Source: Pristiophorus japonicus
Lineage: Eukaryota
Direction of reading: 5' to 3'
Assembly (NCBI RefSeq): GCF_044704955.1
Contig: NC_091999.1
Location: 34,596,001 to 34,660,000 of the forward strand
Length of the DNA: 64,000 nt
Position numbers and translations under genes: made by a program. Under the pieces are notes generated by a model, which worked only from the letters and a program-made list of their open reading frames with translations, searched no databases and had not been told where the DNA came from. Below are positions 26,874-39,039 of this stretch, one piece after another (positions within the stretch are counted from its first letter, which is position 1; each line of letters opens with the position of its first letter).

Positions 26874-26901
26874 AGTATTTGACACAACGTGTCTCACTGT
26901 G
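26874..26901 (+). other. 12-spacer RSS directly 5' of the J coding segment
   Basis: AGTATTTGA (26874-26882), CACAACGTGTCT (12 nt), CACTGTG (26895-26901). No nonamer-like sequence at the 22- or 23-spacer position. Confidence 0.85.
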
Positions 26902-26951
26902 TTACGAAATGGGCTACTGGGGACAAGGGACCATGGTGACGGTGACTGCAG
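26902..26951 (+). CDS. IGHJ: IgH J segment, probably germline-joined D2-J (YEMGYWGQGTMVTVTA)
   Basis: WGQGTMVTVT motif; phase-1 donor G|GTAAGG at 26952. Confidence 0.93.
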
Positions 26952-29599
26952 GTAAGGAACATCCACTCATTCAGTAACTCTTGTATTTGTGTCTTTATTT
27001 TATATTTTTGTTTATTTTAATAATTATTTCGTTCACTGAAACTTGGGTTCGGTGGATTTTGTTTTGAGATTTTTTGCAATGCTCAATGTGATTCTGCTGC
27101 AAAATGATTATAGAATTCAACAGTTTCTCCACAGAAAATGTTGTTGATGTAATTTGGTGTTTATTCGCTGAAGCGATTGTGTGTCTGGGTTACTTTAAAT
27201 ACTTTATGGTTGTTACACTGTTTGACGTTTCTGCAATGTTTAATCTCGGTGACATCTGATTGTTGCAGTTCTTCTGATCGAATGCAAACATTGTGTTTAA
27301 ATCTATTTAAAGGAACATTGTAGGCACAAAACAGAAAGCTTAGCGATCAGTAAATAATCTTTAGGAATTTAATGTTTTTTTAATGAAAATTACATTGTCA
27401 TCGACTGAGCGAATGATCCCGAACGCTCAGATTAAATACGTGAAGTGTTACTGTAATTAAGAACTGATAAATTAACACATTTCCAGCCGGAAAATTTAAA
27501 TTAATATTACTAACATTATTATAATGTAGTAATATCACCAATTATTATTAAATATGCTATAATATGAACATTAATTTATTTAGCATGATCTGTCAAATCA
27601 CAATTCTGCTGTCAATATTTTGCATTTCTGTTGAATTCAATCATTAGTTATTTCATTGTTAGGCGGGTTTGGTGATTGTGTAATGAGATTTTTTGCAAGG
27701 ATACATTGGTTCTGCTGAAAGAGTTTATAGAATGAAGGGTCTGTTCCATGAAAGATTCTGTCGAGGGATTCCGCCCCTCAGTGATGTGATTTAGTCTTGT
27801 TCTGCTGAGGAGAGTTTGTGCCTGTGTTTACTCAGAATACCTAGAATTTGTGAAGCTGTTTGGCGTTTCTACAATGTTTAATATCGGTGTCAGCGAGCAG
27901 CAGCAGGTTTCTGCTCGAATGCAATAATGATATATGTTTGAAACTGTTTGGAAACAGATTGTAGGCAGAGAACAGGAAGGTGTTAGAAATCATAAATCAT
28001 TGAAATGTATTTTAACATAACAATTATTGAAGTGATAATTATATATTCAACTATTAATCTATGTTTACGATGCTGATATTTTATTGTGTGAAATGTAACT
28101 AATTACCATATACATAATTAACAAGTGTTCAGGTTGTAGTTGAATTAAATTAATATTAACCAACCGATTATAATGCGATATCTCCCAGTGTTATTAAAAT
28201 ATGCTATAAGTCCAATGCTCATTTACTTAATATTATTCGCCTTCTAAAATCCTGCTCTACACTGGGCACCATTAAAGGGAGTGGAAACTTTTAGAGGCTG
28301 GATACAGTTATTAATTATGCCTGCAATTATTTCACTGACAACAGACTGATTCCAGCGCTGTGTTCAGATTGACTAGGGTTTTAAATTACTTGCTACCTCC
28401 TATTTACACAGATGCATGACTGAGCACAATTATTTGTAATTTAAAGCCGTGTTTTATATTGCATTTTTCCATTTAATATATCTGCCGGGGTATGACATTC
28501 TTACTGTGCAGCCGAAATTTGTCATTGAATAAATAGTGTGTGTTGTTTGATAGAATTATCACTAAACTAATCTTGAACACTTTGCAAGACCAAAAGCTGC
28601 GTCTCAATAACAAATTTCGGCTGTATTAGTAAGGCTGAAATTCTGCACATTAAGTTAATTTCAAATGTTCCAGGTAAGTGTGCTTCTGAGGAGGAAGGAC
28701 CAGACAGGCACTCAGATTATTTTCAATAATCAGCGAACATGAACATTAATTAGAATGTAACATCAGTGATCATTTATTAACCATAAACGATCCCTTGCAA
28801 TTGCGTTGCATACTGGTTCGTATTATAGTTATTGCAAAACCTCAATGGTTGGAGAGAATGTTTAATTAATTCCTAAATTAATTTATAAATCAATGCATTT
28901 ATAACTCGGCTGTGCTGAGTTCGATAAGGTGCCGCTGCAGATTTTAGTGAATTAACTTCCTGTTTTGCCTCGATGATTTTACACGTTATATTTACTGATG
29001 AAAATATATCAAATCAGTGGGTGATCAGGTTTCAATGTAGATGTCTCCTGGATTGTGACATTCTTATTCTGTCACCGAGTCCCATGTGACAGGCAGCAAA
29101 TTCCCTTGGAATGTGAATTATTTCCAGATACTTACTTTCAGGGGAGTTAATTTTTGCACGGTTTAGAAGATAGCTGACAGAGATGGGAAAATGGCTGGAT
29201 GTTGCAGAGTCTCTCAAATTAATATCAGTTTAATTTCAAAAAATTTGCAGAGTTGAGGTGGTTGGAAAATGACAAGAAATAAATTAGAAATCAAACAGCT
29301 TAATTGAAATTAAGAGATTGAACTTGTCTCTCTGCCTGGAGCACCATTGTTGCACCGTTTGTGTCTGTTCTGTTTCTGTGCGCCTGCTCACTGTGTGAGA
29401 ATCAGGAGTCCTTCTGACTGGTTGTAAACCTTCTGGGTTGTGATTCTGTATTGCGGAGAGTGTAATTTAACTCAGTTATTTAAGGAACTGGTATATGTGA
29501 GAAACGTGAAAGATTTAATTTAAGTTTGATGAGTCGCCGCAGAAATGAAATCGGTAACCCAGATTGTGGTAATCAGAAGGAGCAGTTCCGAAACACCAC

Positions 29600-29920
29600 G
29601 GGGAGACAGTAGAAGGAGCTTTAATCATTTTCTAACCCGGTTGTACCTGCCCTGGGAGTGTTTGATGGGACAGGGCAGAAGGAGCTTTACTCTGTATCCA
29701 GCCCATGCTGTATGTGCCCTGGGAGTGTTTGATGGGACATTGTAGAGGGAGTGTTACTCTGTATCTGACCCATACTGTACCTGCTCTGGGCATGTTTGAT
29801 TGGATAATGTAGAGGGAGCTTTACTCTGTATCTTGACCCATGCTGTACCTGCCCTGTGCGGATTGATGGCACAGTACAGAAATAATTTTACTCGGAATCT
29901 AAACCTTGTTATATTTGACC
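29600..29920 (+). repeat. ~67-bp dispersed tandem repeat (GGGAGTGTTTGATGGGACAGTGTAGAGGGAGCTTTACTCTGTATCTAACCCGTGCTGTACCTGCCCT); also 14030-14172, 18440-18777, 31045-31710
   Basis: Same unit recurs in short arrays. Confidence 0.88.
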
Positions 29921-30152
29921 CGTCTTACAGGGTAGTGTAGTTTAATATGCATTCATCCTTTGCTTTACATGACCTTACAGCGCCAGACAGATCAGTGAAG
30001 AGGGAGATTTACTCTATCGAATCTATCTTGTATCTCATTTGAGTGATTTTCTAAAAATATTGAAGCAACTTCAATCTGCATGTAACAAATTAGTAATGTT
30101 TATACAGTTTGAGCATCAGATAATTATTGAATGAGATTGGTCTGATCCTAAG

Positions 30153-30962
30153 GTTATCCACTTTGGTGGTAAAAACAGAGAGGCAGACTATTATCTGAAT
30201 GGTGACAGATTAGGAAAAGGGGAGGTGCAACGAGACCTGGGTATCATGGTACATAATTTATTGAAGGTTGTCATGCAGGTACAGCAGGCGGTTAAAAAAG
30301 CAAATGGCATGTTGGCCTTCATAGCGAGAGGATTTGAGTACAGGGAAGGGAGGTGTTATTACAGTTGTACAGGGTCTTGGTGAGGCCACACCTGGAGTAT
30401 TGTGTACAATTTTGGTCTCCTAACTTGAGGAAGGACATTCTTGCTATTGAGGGAGTGCAGCGAAGGTTCACCAGACTGATTTCCAGGCTGGCGGAAATAA
30501 CATATCAAGAAAGACTGGATCAACTGGGCTTGTATTCACTGGAGTTCAGAAGAATGAGAGGGGATCTCATAGAAACCTTTTAAATTCTGACGGGTTTAGA
30601 CAGGTTAGATGCAGGAAGAATGTTCCCAATGTTGGGAAAGTCCAGAATCAGGGGTCACAGTCTAAGGATAAGGGGTAAGCCATTTAGTACCGAGATTAGG
30701 AGAAACCTCTTCACCCAGAGAGTGGTGAACGTGTGGAATTCTCTGCCACAGAAAGTTGTTGAGGCCAATTCACTAAATATATTCAAAAAGGAGTTAGATG
30801 ATGTCCTTACTACTCGGGGGATCAAGGGGTATGGCGAGAAAGCAGGAATGGGTTACTGAAGTTGCATGTTCAGCCATGAACTCATTGAATGGCGGTGCAA
30901 GCTCGAAGGGCCGAATGGCCTGCTCCTGCACCTATTTTCTATGTTGCTGTGTTTCAATGTTT
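30153..30962 (+). mobile_element. 5'-truncated CR1 LINE insertion in the J-C intron, flanked by CTAAG
   Basis: LVRPHLEYCVQFWSP and FTQRVVNVWNSLPQK; CTAAG at 30148-30152 and 30963-30967. Confidence 0.92.
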
Positions 30963-32429
30963 CTAAGCTCACTTTCCGAACAAACAGTTTCAGGAAAGCA
31001 GCGCCTCGTCCGATCTGATGGGTGCTCCAATTTATTTTGGCAATATTGTACCTGCACTGAGACTGTTTGATGGGACACTGTAGAGGAAGATTATTCTGTA
31101 CCTGTCTTGGGAGTGTATGATGGGACAGTGTAGAGAAAGCTTTATTCTTTATCCAAGCCTTACTGTACCTGCCGTGAATGTGTTTAATTAGCAGTGTGGA
31201 GGGAAATTTACTTTTTATCTAACTCGTGCCGTACCTGCCCTGGGAGTGTTTGATATGACAGTGAAGAGGGAGCTTTACTTTGCAACTCACCCGTGCTTTA
31301 ACTTATCTGGCAGTGCTTCATGGGACATTGCAGAGATAGCTTTACTCAGTATTTAACCTTTTATTTACAAGGACGCGGAGCTTAATTGGGTCCTTCAATA
31401 TAGATTGATCTTCTATTTAATCAGAGCTATATGTCAGTGGGTGCGCTTTAATGGATCAGTGTATAGGAAGCTTTTCTTTGTACTTGTGATAATTGTGCTT
31501 AATTAATCGGTCAATTTGATAACGCATTTTATGGGGAGACATTTCGTAGCACATCTCTGCAGTTCTTGAGCTGGGAATGTTTGACGGGATAGTATAGATA
31601 ACATATTACTCTGTGTGCAACACTTGCTATACCTGTCCTGACCCACACGGCAGCACAGCGGGAGCTTTGTTCTCTTATCCGTGCTGTATCTGACCTGAGA
31701 GTGCTTAGTCAGGCAATGTTCAAGGCACCGTTATCTGCGACTAACAGATAGCAGATAAACTACTCGTGCCAGATATACACAATAAATCGTCCCATTGCCC
31801 AGATTAAACAACGCACATTCATTGATGTTTCTATTCTTTCTGAAAAAAATGCCCAATTTTTAATGCGTTATTAATGTTTGAACATTTTGAGCATTAGATT
31901 ACTATTGAACACGATTGGCCTGATCCTCAGCTCACTTTCAGAACAAACCGTTTCAGGAAGTGAATAACGCTCCAGAGAGCAGCGCCTGTTCTGATCTGTT
32001 GGGAGGCTGTAAGTTATTTTCACAATTTAAATGGAGAATATAGGGACTGCCGCTTCAAATAACCGTCATGGGGACCTCATGTTTAGAAACATTATTTTGT
32101 CCAATTTTTCCTGTAATGTTCAAGTCAGGGAGAAACTTTGATGAGATGCAGCTATTGGCCTGGGTCACAACACAAGGCACTCAGTCACTGAGCTGCAATT
32201 CTGTGAAACATTTAAAGAGATAGACTCAACCTGCAATAAGTCATCATTCGTAATGAATTTAAGCCTTTCTAACAACATGCGATTGACTAATTTGCGTCAG
32301 ATTTATAAGATCCCTTTATTTTAAATATCCTCTTTCATTTTAACGAACAATAAAAATAGATCTGGTAGAGGTGTCCAAAATATGAAGCGTTTCCTTCCAT
32401 TAAATGTAGAAGAACTATTCCCACTGAAT

Positions 32430-33330
32430 CGTGTAGAATGATAGTATCTCACAGCACTGAAACAGGCCATTCAGGCATCGTGCTTGTGCCGGTTCTGAAA
32501 GAGCTGTCCAATTTAGCCAAACTCACCAGGGTTTTCCTTGTAAACGTGCACATGAGTCCTCCTGAAGTACAGGAGGAACTGCCTGGAGCATTCCTGAAAT
32601 TACCAACCCTCTGTGTGAAAAAATTACCCCAATTTTCCCTTTTGATCTTTTGCCAATTATTTTAAATCTGTGATCTTTAGTTACCCACCTACTTTCCAGC
32701 GGAAGCAGTTTCTCCCTACTTGCTCTATCAAAACCTGTCATAATGTTGAATATCTCTCTTAGGTCTCCACTTAACCTCTGCTCCAAGGAGAACGGCACAG
32801 CTTCTCCAATCTTTCCACATAACTGAAGACCACATCCCTGGCATCATCATGGTAAAAGCCTCCCTTCTACACTCCCCAAGGGCTTGACATCCTTCCTACA
32901 TTGTTGTGCACAATACGCCAGCTGAGGTCTAACACGTGATCTGTAAGTTTAGCATAACCGCCTTGTTTTTGTAGTCAATGGCCCATTTACAAAGTCATCT
33001 ATCCCATACGCTTTCATAACTGTCTTACCAGTTTGCCCTGCCCCCTTCAAAGATTTGTGAATATGTACATCTAGATCTCTCTGTTCGTGCATCCCCTCCA
33101 AACAATACTACTTAGATTATACTGCATCTCCATCTTCCACCCAATGTGCATTGCTTCTCAATGATTCGCATTAAATTGCAATTGCCATGTCCTGATCCAT
33201 TTCATTTATCACCCTCATGGAGTCTGCTGCTATCATGCTCACTATTGGCTACGTTGCCAGGTTTTGCATCACCTTCGAACTTCGAAATTGTATTCCCTAT
33301 AACCAAGTCCAGATCATTGTTATATAACAA
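32430..33330 (-). mobile_element. Old CR1 fragment
   Basis: FSLEQRLSGDL and LYNNDLDL...ISKFEGDAK remnants. Confidence 0.75.
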
Positions 33331-34096
33331 GAACAACAATAGGAATTGAAATGGGCCATTTAAGGAGAAACTTCCAATTAACCAGATTTTGGAGTGGTAT
33401 TTTATTCGGATTATTAATTGAGTGGGAGGGAGGAGGAAACCCAAGGGACATGCAATCAATAGGATGGAATAGAGCCCAGATCACAGTACACTGAGGGACA
33501 TCGCTCTCCCTCAAATGCTGAGAAAGAAAGGGAGAAATTCGACTCAATCGCGGTTCACCTACAGTTTGAATCTTAGAAACTAGACTATGGAAATGCTACC
33601 TGTTGAATTATGTGGTAGGCAAATTTAGAGGGTTTTTTGCTAACGTCCGAAGCAGGAATTCCGCTGTTACTTTGAAGTGCAGTCACTGTTGTTTTCTAGG
33701 GATATGCCGCAGGCAATGTGCACAGAGCAAATTTCCCCAAACTGCAATTAAATAAAGTACCAGAAATGGTGCTGATTGAGAAATAAATGCTGGCCGAAAT
33801 AGCAGGAACACATCTCTGTTCTTCTATTGTATGGTGCAATGAAGGATTCTTTATTGACAGTTGTGTAAAGGTTCTTGTTGTGTAATGTGATAGAGCTCGG
33901 GGATAGAAAGGTGTGTTCCTGACCAGCGCATTGACAGGTGCTTATCATGGAACTGACAGAAACTCAAATGCCCGTGTAATCTTTGATGGGGAAATGGTGG
34001 AATTACTTTATTCTGCAGTCAAATTTCGAGTTGTTTATTTCTTTTATAATCATGGATTACAGAGTCTAACTTGTTCAATGGGCCATTCTTTCCCAG

Positions 34097-34396
34097 TAAC
34101 ATCGTCTCCCCCTACCCTCTACGCCCTGCTCTCCTCCTGTGAACAACCAAGCACCGATGGCTCCATCACATACGGTTGTTTGGCGATGGACTACTCCCCC
34201 GATATCACCAGCCTTTCCTGGAAGAAAGATAAAGTGCCGATCACCACTGGATTGAAGACCTACCCGCCAGTGGTCAACAAGAAGGGAACCTACACCCAGA
34301 GCAGCCAGTTAACCATCACCGAGTCAGATGTGGGGAGCAGCACAATCTATTGCGAGGTTCGACGTGGTGTGTCGGTCTGGGCCATCACAATGCCAG
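34097..34396 (+). CDS. IGHM: IgM CH1 exon
   Basis: tcccAG| acceptor, 300 nt, [16 protein letters not shown]...[15 protein letters not shown]...IYCEV, donor G|GTTAGT. C1-set domain with the extra N-terminal Cys expected for light-chain bonding. Confidence 0.93.
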
Positions 34397-34474
34397 GTTA
34401 GTGGTGTGGGATACAGGGCAAACTGTGATAAGGTGAGAAATTACATTCAACTTGTATAGAAATTTGGTTAGACC

Positions 34475-34995
34475 ACACTTAGAGTACTGTGTACAGTTCT
34501 GCTCTCCATATCATACTTATAATAACGTGTACAGTTCTGATCTCCATATTACACTTAGAGTATTGTGTACAGTTCTGATTTCCATATAATACTTAAAATA
34601 CTGTGCACAGTTCTAGTCTCCTTATCACATTTAGAATATTACTCACAATTCTGGTTTCCCTCTCATACTTAGAATAGTGTCTAAAGTTCTGGTCTCCATA
34701 TCATACTTAGAATATTATGCACAGTTCCGGTCTCCACATCACAGTTTGAATAATGTACACAGTTCTGTTCTCCATATCACACTTAGAATATTGTTTGAAT
34801 TCTGGCTTCCATCACCTACTTAGAATACGGTGTAAAGTTCTGGTCTCCATATCATACTTAGAATATTATGCATAATTCTGGTCTCCATATCACACTTAGA
34901 ATACTGTGCATGGTTCTGGTCCCCACATCGCACTTAGAATATTATGCACAGTTCTGGTCTGCCTATTACACTGAGAATAATGTGCACAGTTCTGC
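34475..34995 (+). repeat. ~38-bp minisatellite amplified from a CR1 segment
   Basis: CACTTAGAATATTGTGCACAGTTCTGGTCTCCATATCA units following a CR1-like TTGGTTAGACCACACTTAGAGTACTGTG. Confidence 0.88.
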
Positions 34996-35117
34996 TCTCT
35001 GTAAATGCCAGGTTAATGTTAGCCTGACAGCAAATAACCTGTTAAAACATAAGGACACTTTGCATTTCTTAATCATTTATTTTCCAAGCAATGTCAGTAA
35101 TATGTTTTTTTTTGAAG

Positions 35118-35435
35118 ATCCTGAACGGGACATCGTTCCTCCAACTGTTCTCCTCACGCTGAGTTCCACTGAAGAAATCACCAGCAGCAGATATGCAAGC
35201 GCCGTGTGTTCAATCATCGGTTTCCGCCCAAAGTCACTGACCGTGAATTGGCTGAAAAGTGGACAACTCCTGGATTCGGGCTTCATCACCTCTCCCGTCT
35301 TTAAGGTGAACGGGAACTTCTCGACGGCCAGTCGGCTGACGGTCCCCGCCGAGGAATGGTTCACCGGCTCGGTCTACACCTGCCAGATCACTCATGAAGG
35401 GGTCACGCAAAGCCGTAACTTCAGCAGATCTCAGG
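35118..35435 (+). CDS. IGHM: IgM CH2 exon
   Basis: tttgaAG| acceptor, 318 nt, [13 protein letters not shown]...[19 protein letters not shown]...[10 protein letters not shown], donor G|GTAAG. Confidence 0.93.
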
Positions 35436-37390
35436 GTAAGAGGCACAATCCCTGGAGGTTCCAGACCATTCTGAGCGCTGACCTCAGTCATGACTTTTAT
35501 TGGAATTAGTAAAAAGCAGAGGACTGTTCCTAATTTCCAATCATGCAGTTTGTGTATTCTTGCGATACAAACTTGCCTTTATACAGCGCTTTCAGCGACC
35601 ACAGACTGAACCAAAGCGCTTGCCAGCCAATGAATTAAGTTGTGCAATGTGGTCACAGTTGTAATTTACAAAGTACGGCAGTCATTTAGTGCACAGCAAG
35701 CTCCCACAAACAGCAGTGTGATAATGACCATTTTCTTTGGAGTGATATTTTTTGAAGGATAAATATTCCCATGCCACCAGGGAGAACTCCTCTGCTTTTC
35801 ATTGAAGTAATGCCAGGGTATCGTTTACCTCCACCTGAGAGGACAGACGGATCCTCGGTTTAACAGCTGATCTGACAGACGGCACCTCCGATCGTGTGCC
35901 ATGCTCCCAGTGCTGCACTGGGAGACTCATCTTACATTTTGTGATCAAGTATCTGGAGTGGGAATTCAATCCAGGATCTTCTGGTTCAGGATTCCTCATT
36001 GATCAAGATTTATTAACCTCGCCGAAGAAGCTTTCCTCTTGCTCTGATGTCAGGCAGTGAGTGAAGTGTCCTTAGTCACAGGTTTATCCTGAGTTGGCTG
36101 GTCATATACGGAGTGGCAGTAGGAGTCTGGAACCCTTTCCTGCCAACTGTCCAGGAATCCTGCTAGAATGGGCATCTACCCTATTCAGAGCACTGAGCCC
36201 AATTCTCGGCTCCGCACCTCAGGAAGGATATACATGGAGGCGCTAAACTGCAGGTTTACCCGAATTAAACCGTGGCTAATAATGTAAAATGAGCAGGAGA
36301 CGAGTATAGAACGTTAAGAGATGATCCAATTGAGGTGTTTAAGTTGATAAATGGAATTGATCGAGTAGATACAGAAACATTTATTTAGTTTGATGGGAGA
36401 GTCCAGAACAAGTAGCAGAACCTTAACATTAGAGTTAGGCCGTGCAGATGTGATGTTAGAAAGGATGTTTTCACAGGAAGAATAGTGCAAGTCGGGATTT
36501 CCCTCCCCAAAAGCTGATGAAGCTTGCTTTCAATTGAAAAGTGGAAAATTGAGATTGATAGATTTTTGTTAGGCAAGGTTATCAAGGGTTACGTAACCAA
36601 GGCGTGAAGATGGTGTTGAGTGTTGATCAGCCATGATCTAACTGGTTGGCGGGACAGGATGGATGGACTGAATGGCCTCCTCCTGTTCCTATGTTGCTAT
36701 TAATGCCCTGAGGTCATATTTCACTCTGAGTCTCTCTCACCAGACATGATAAATTTTCAGTAATTACAGAAGTTAACAAACTACCTCACATCATTACAAA
36801 TGATGCCCCACCACAACGACCCCTTGGAACTCCTTTCTCCCGACCTTGCACGACTCATCTGACGGGGGCTGTGACTGGTTCCTGCACATTTTCACTGCAA
36901 CAAGAGACCAGAAACTTAACTTTGTTTATGTTGTCGCATAAATCCTGAAATTAATTTGACACTGGATTTGAACCAGTATAATGCTGGTGTAGATCTCTTG
37001 AACTTCGGGCTATTCGGGCTTCAGCTATTATAACCAGCGGAGATGAATTTGGGTGCAAGGATCTACAGACGGGCTTAAAGGAGCAAGGGATTTCAGGAAG
37101 AGCACTATTCAATGCCTAACACAATTGCGCCCCAATGTATTTCCATTTTACGCCGGGTATTTGCTTCACAGCCCAATACAGGTGGCTCTGGCTGCAAATA
37201 CACAAGAAATGTTACAGATCTCCTGGAATCGTTGCCAATTCATTGTCCTTCCATTACCGCCGGTCTTAAAGCAACAGCGAGAGGTTGATATCTCAAAAGT
37301 GATATATCCCCCTTGAAAGAGTTAAGGCTAAATATTGATGCCCTGATTCTGAAGCTGCAGATTTTCCTGACTTTCATTCCTATTTCGCAG

Positions 37391-37698
37391 TGGATGTCCC
37401 ATGCAGCGATTAAAAATCACACTTCGCCCACCGTCACTGGAACAGGTCTTACTGAAGGCGACGGTGACCTTAACCTGCATCGTGTCTGACGCTCCTTATG
37501 GACTCACCGTGTCCTGGACCCGAGAAAAGGAGGCTTTGAAATCAGAGATTGCCGTCCAACCTGGAGAGGATCCCAACAGTGTGATCAGCAACTTAAACAT
37601 CTCGACACAAGACTGGCTGAGTGGGGATAAGTTCTACTGCGTGGTGAGCCATCAGGATATGCCGACTCCTATCAGAGATTCCATTCACAAGGAAAAGG
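37391..37698 (+). pseudogene. IGHM: IgM CH3 exon with apparent 1-nt deletion/frameshift near its 5' end
   Basis: tttcgcAG| acceptor and G|GTGAGC donor define 308 nt, which is not 3n. The spliced frame reads VDVPCSD* (TAA 37411-37413). The Ig-domain frame ([34 protein letters not shown]) is offset by one base. Confidence 0.85.
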
Positions 37699-38619
37699 GT
37701 GAGCGGGGAGATTGTTGCAATAAGTGAGATACTGTGACTATTTCCAGTGCATGTTCAAGGGCCAATTCATTATATAAAGTGTTTAATGGGCTACTCTGAT
37801 CATTCAGTTTGGTAATTCCACGAACTCAGCACTCTGGGACCTGACATTATGTATTTTAGGGGAAACTGGATAAGTCCATGAGCGAGAAAGGAATAGAAGG
37901 GTATGTTATTAGGATTAGATTAAGTGAGCTAAGAGGAGGCTGATGTGGAACATACACACCCGCATAGACCAGTTGGCCAAATCTCCTCATTCTGTGCAGT
38001 AAATTCTATGTAATTTTCCAGACCTATCCTTCAAGATTTCAGAGAGAAGGATTGTGTTCCCTCTGCTGCGGGATGGAAAATCAGAGAGGCCCCAGAGGGG
38101 AAAAGGAAAAGCGTTAAAATTTAACGGAGTGTCCATTTCTCTCACATCTAACCACCTGAAATTGGAAGAATTTAAATGAGGAAGGCGTGTTGTGGGCGCG
38201 GTGGTCTCACAGGCCAAACGGGAGAACGGGAAGATTGGAAGCCGAGTGAGGAGGTTTCAGATCGCGGGGGCTGGGTTCGGCAGGGACCCTGGATCCAGGG
38301 GGTAGGTGTAAGGGCAATTGCGACCTGGGTGCAGCGGTCCCCGCCTCGCTATAACTGCAGGGATTTACACAGTGTGTCAAACCGGACCAGCGACAGTTAA
38401 ACACCAAATGGTGGTTAAAATAGAAGATTCCAGTCTCATTTAAATATTTTACTCAAATATAATATTACAACCGGGAGTGGGCGCGTTGAGGTCGGGATTC
38501 CGAATTTTATCAATTTAAAAATTTCCACGTCCAAAGCCCGCCATCTGTATTGAATTAAAGTTTCCCCATTGTCTCTGGAACTGTCCAGTTCATTGGTCTT
38601 TATTGTAACTTTTCTGCAG

Positions 38620-39011
38620 CGAAAGCTCCACGGGAACCAGCCGTGTCTGTCCTCCTGCCCTCGGCAGAAGAAGTCTCCGCTCAGAGGTTGGTCAGCCTCA
38701 CCTGCTTAGTGAGAGGTTTCTCCCCCCGAGAGATCTTCGTCAAATGGACCGTCAATGACAAGCCGGTGGATTCGGGCAACTACAAGAACACCGAGGTGAT
38801 GGCGGAGAACGGCAGCAGATCCTTCTTCTTGTACAGCCTGCTATCCATTGCAGCCGAGGAGTGGGCCAGCGGCGCTTCTTACTCCTGTGTGGTGGGACAT
38901 GAAGCGATCCCCTTGAAGATCACCAACAGAACCGTCAATAAATCCAGCGGTAAACCCAGTTTCGTCAACATTTCCCTTGTTCTGATGGACACCGTCAATT
39001 CTTGTCAATGA
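38620..39011 (+). CDS. IGHM: IgM CH4 exon plus secretory tailpiece ([20 protein letters not shown])
   Basis: ttctgcAG| acceptor; [17 protein letters not shown]...[11 protein letters not shown]; internal membrane-form donor AGCG|GTAAAC at 38950; tailpiece has the NIS glycosylation site and penultimate Cys. Confidence 0.95.
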
Positions 39012-39039
39012 GAATCTCTCGATTGCATTTCAGTTCTTA

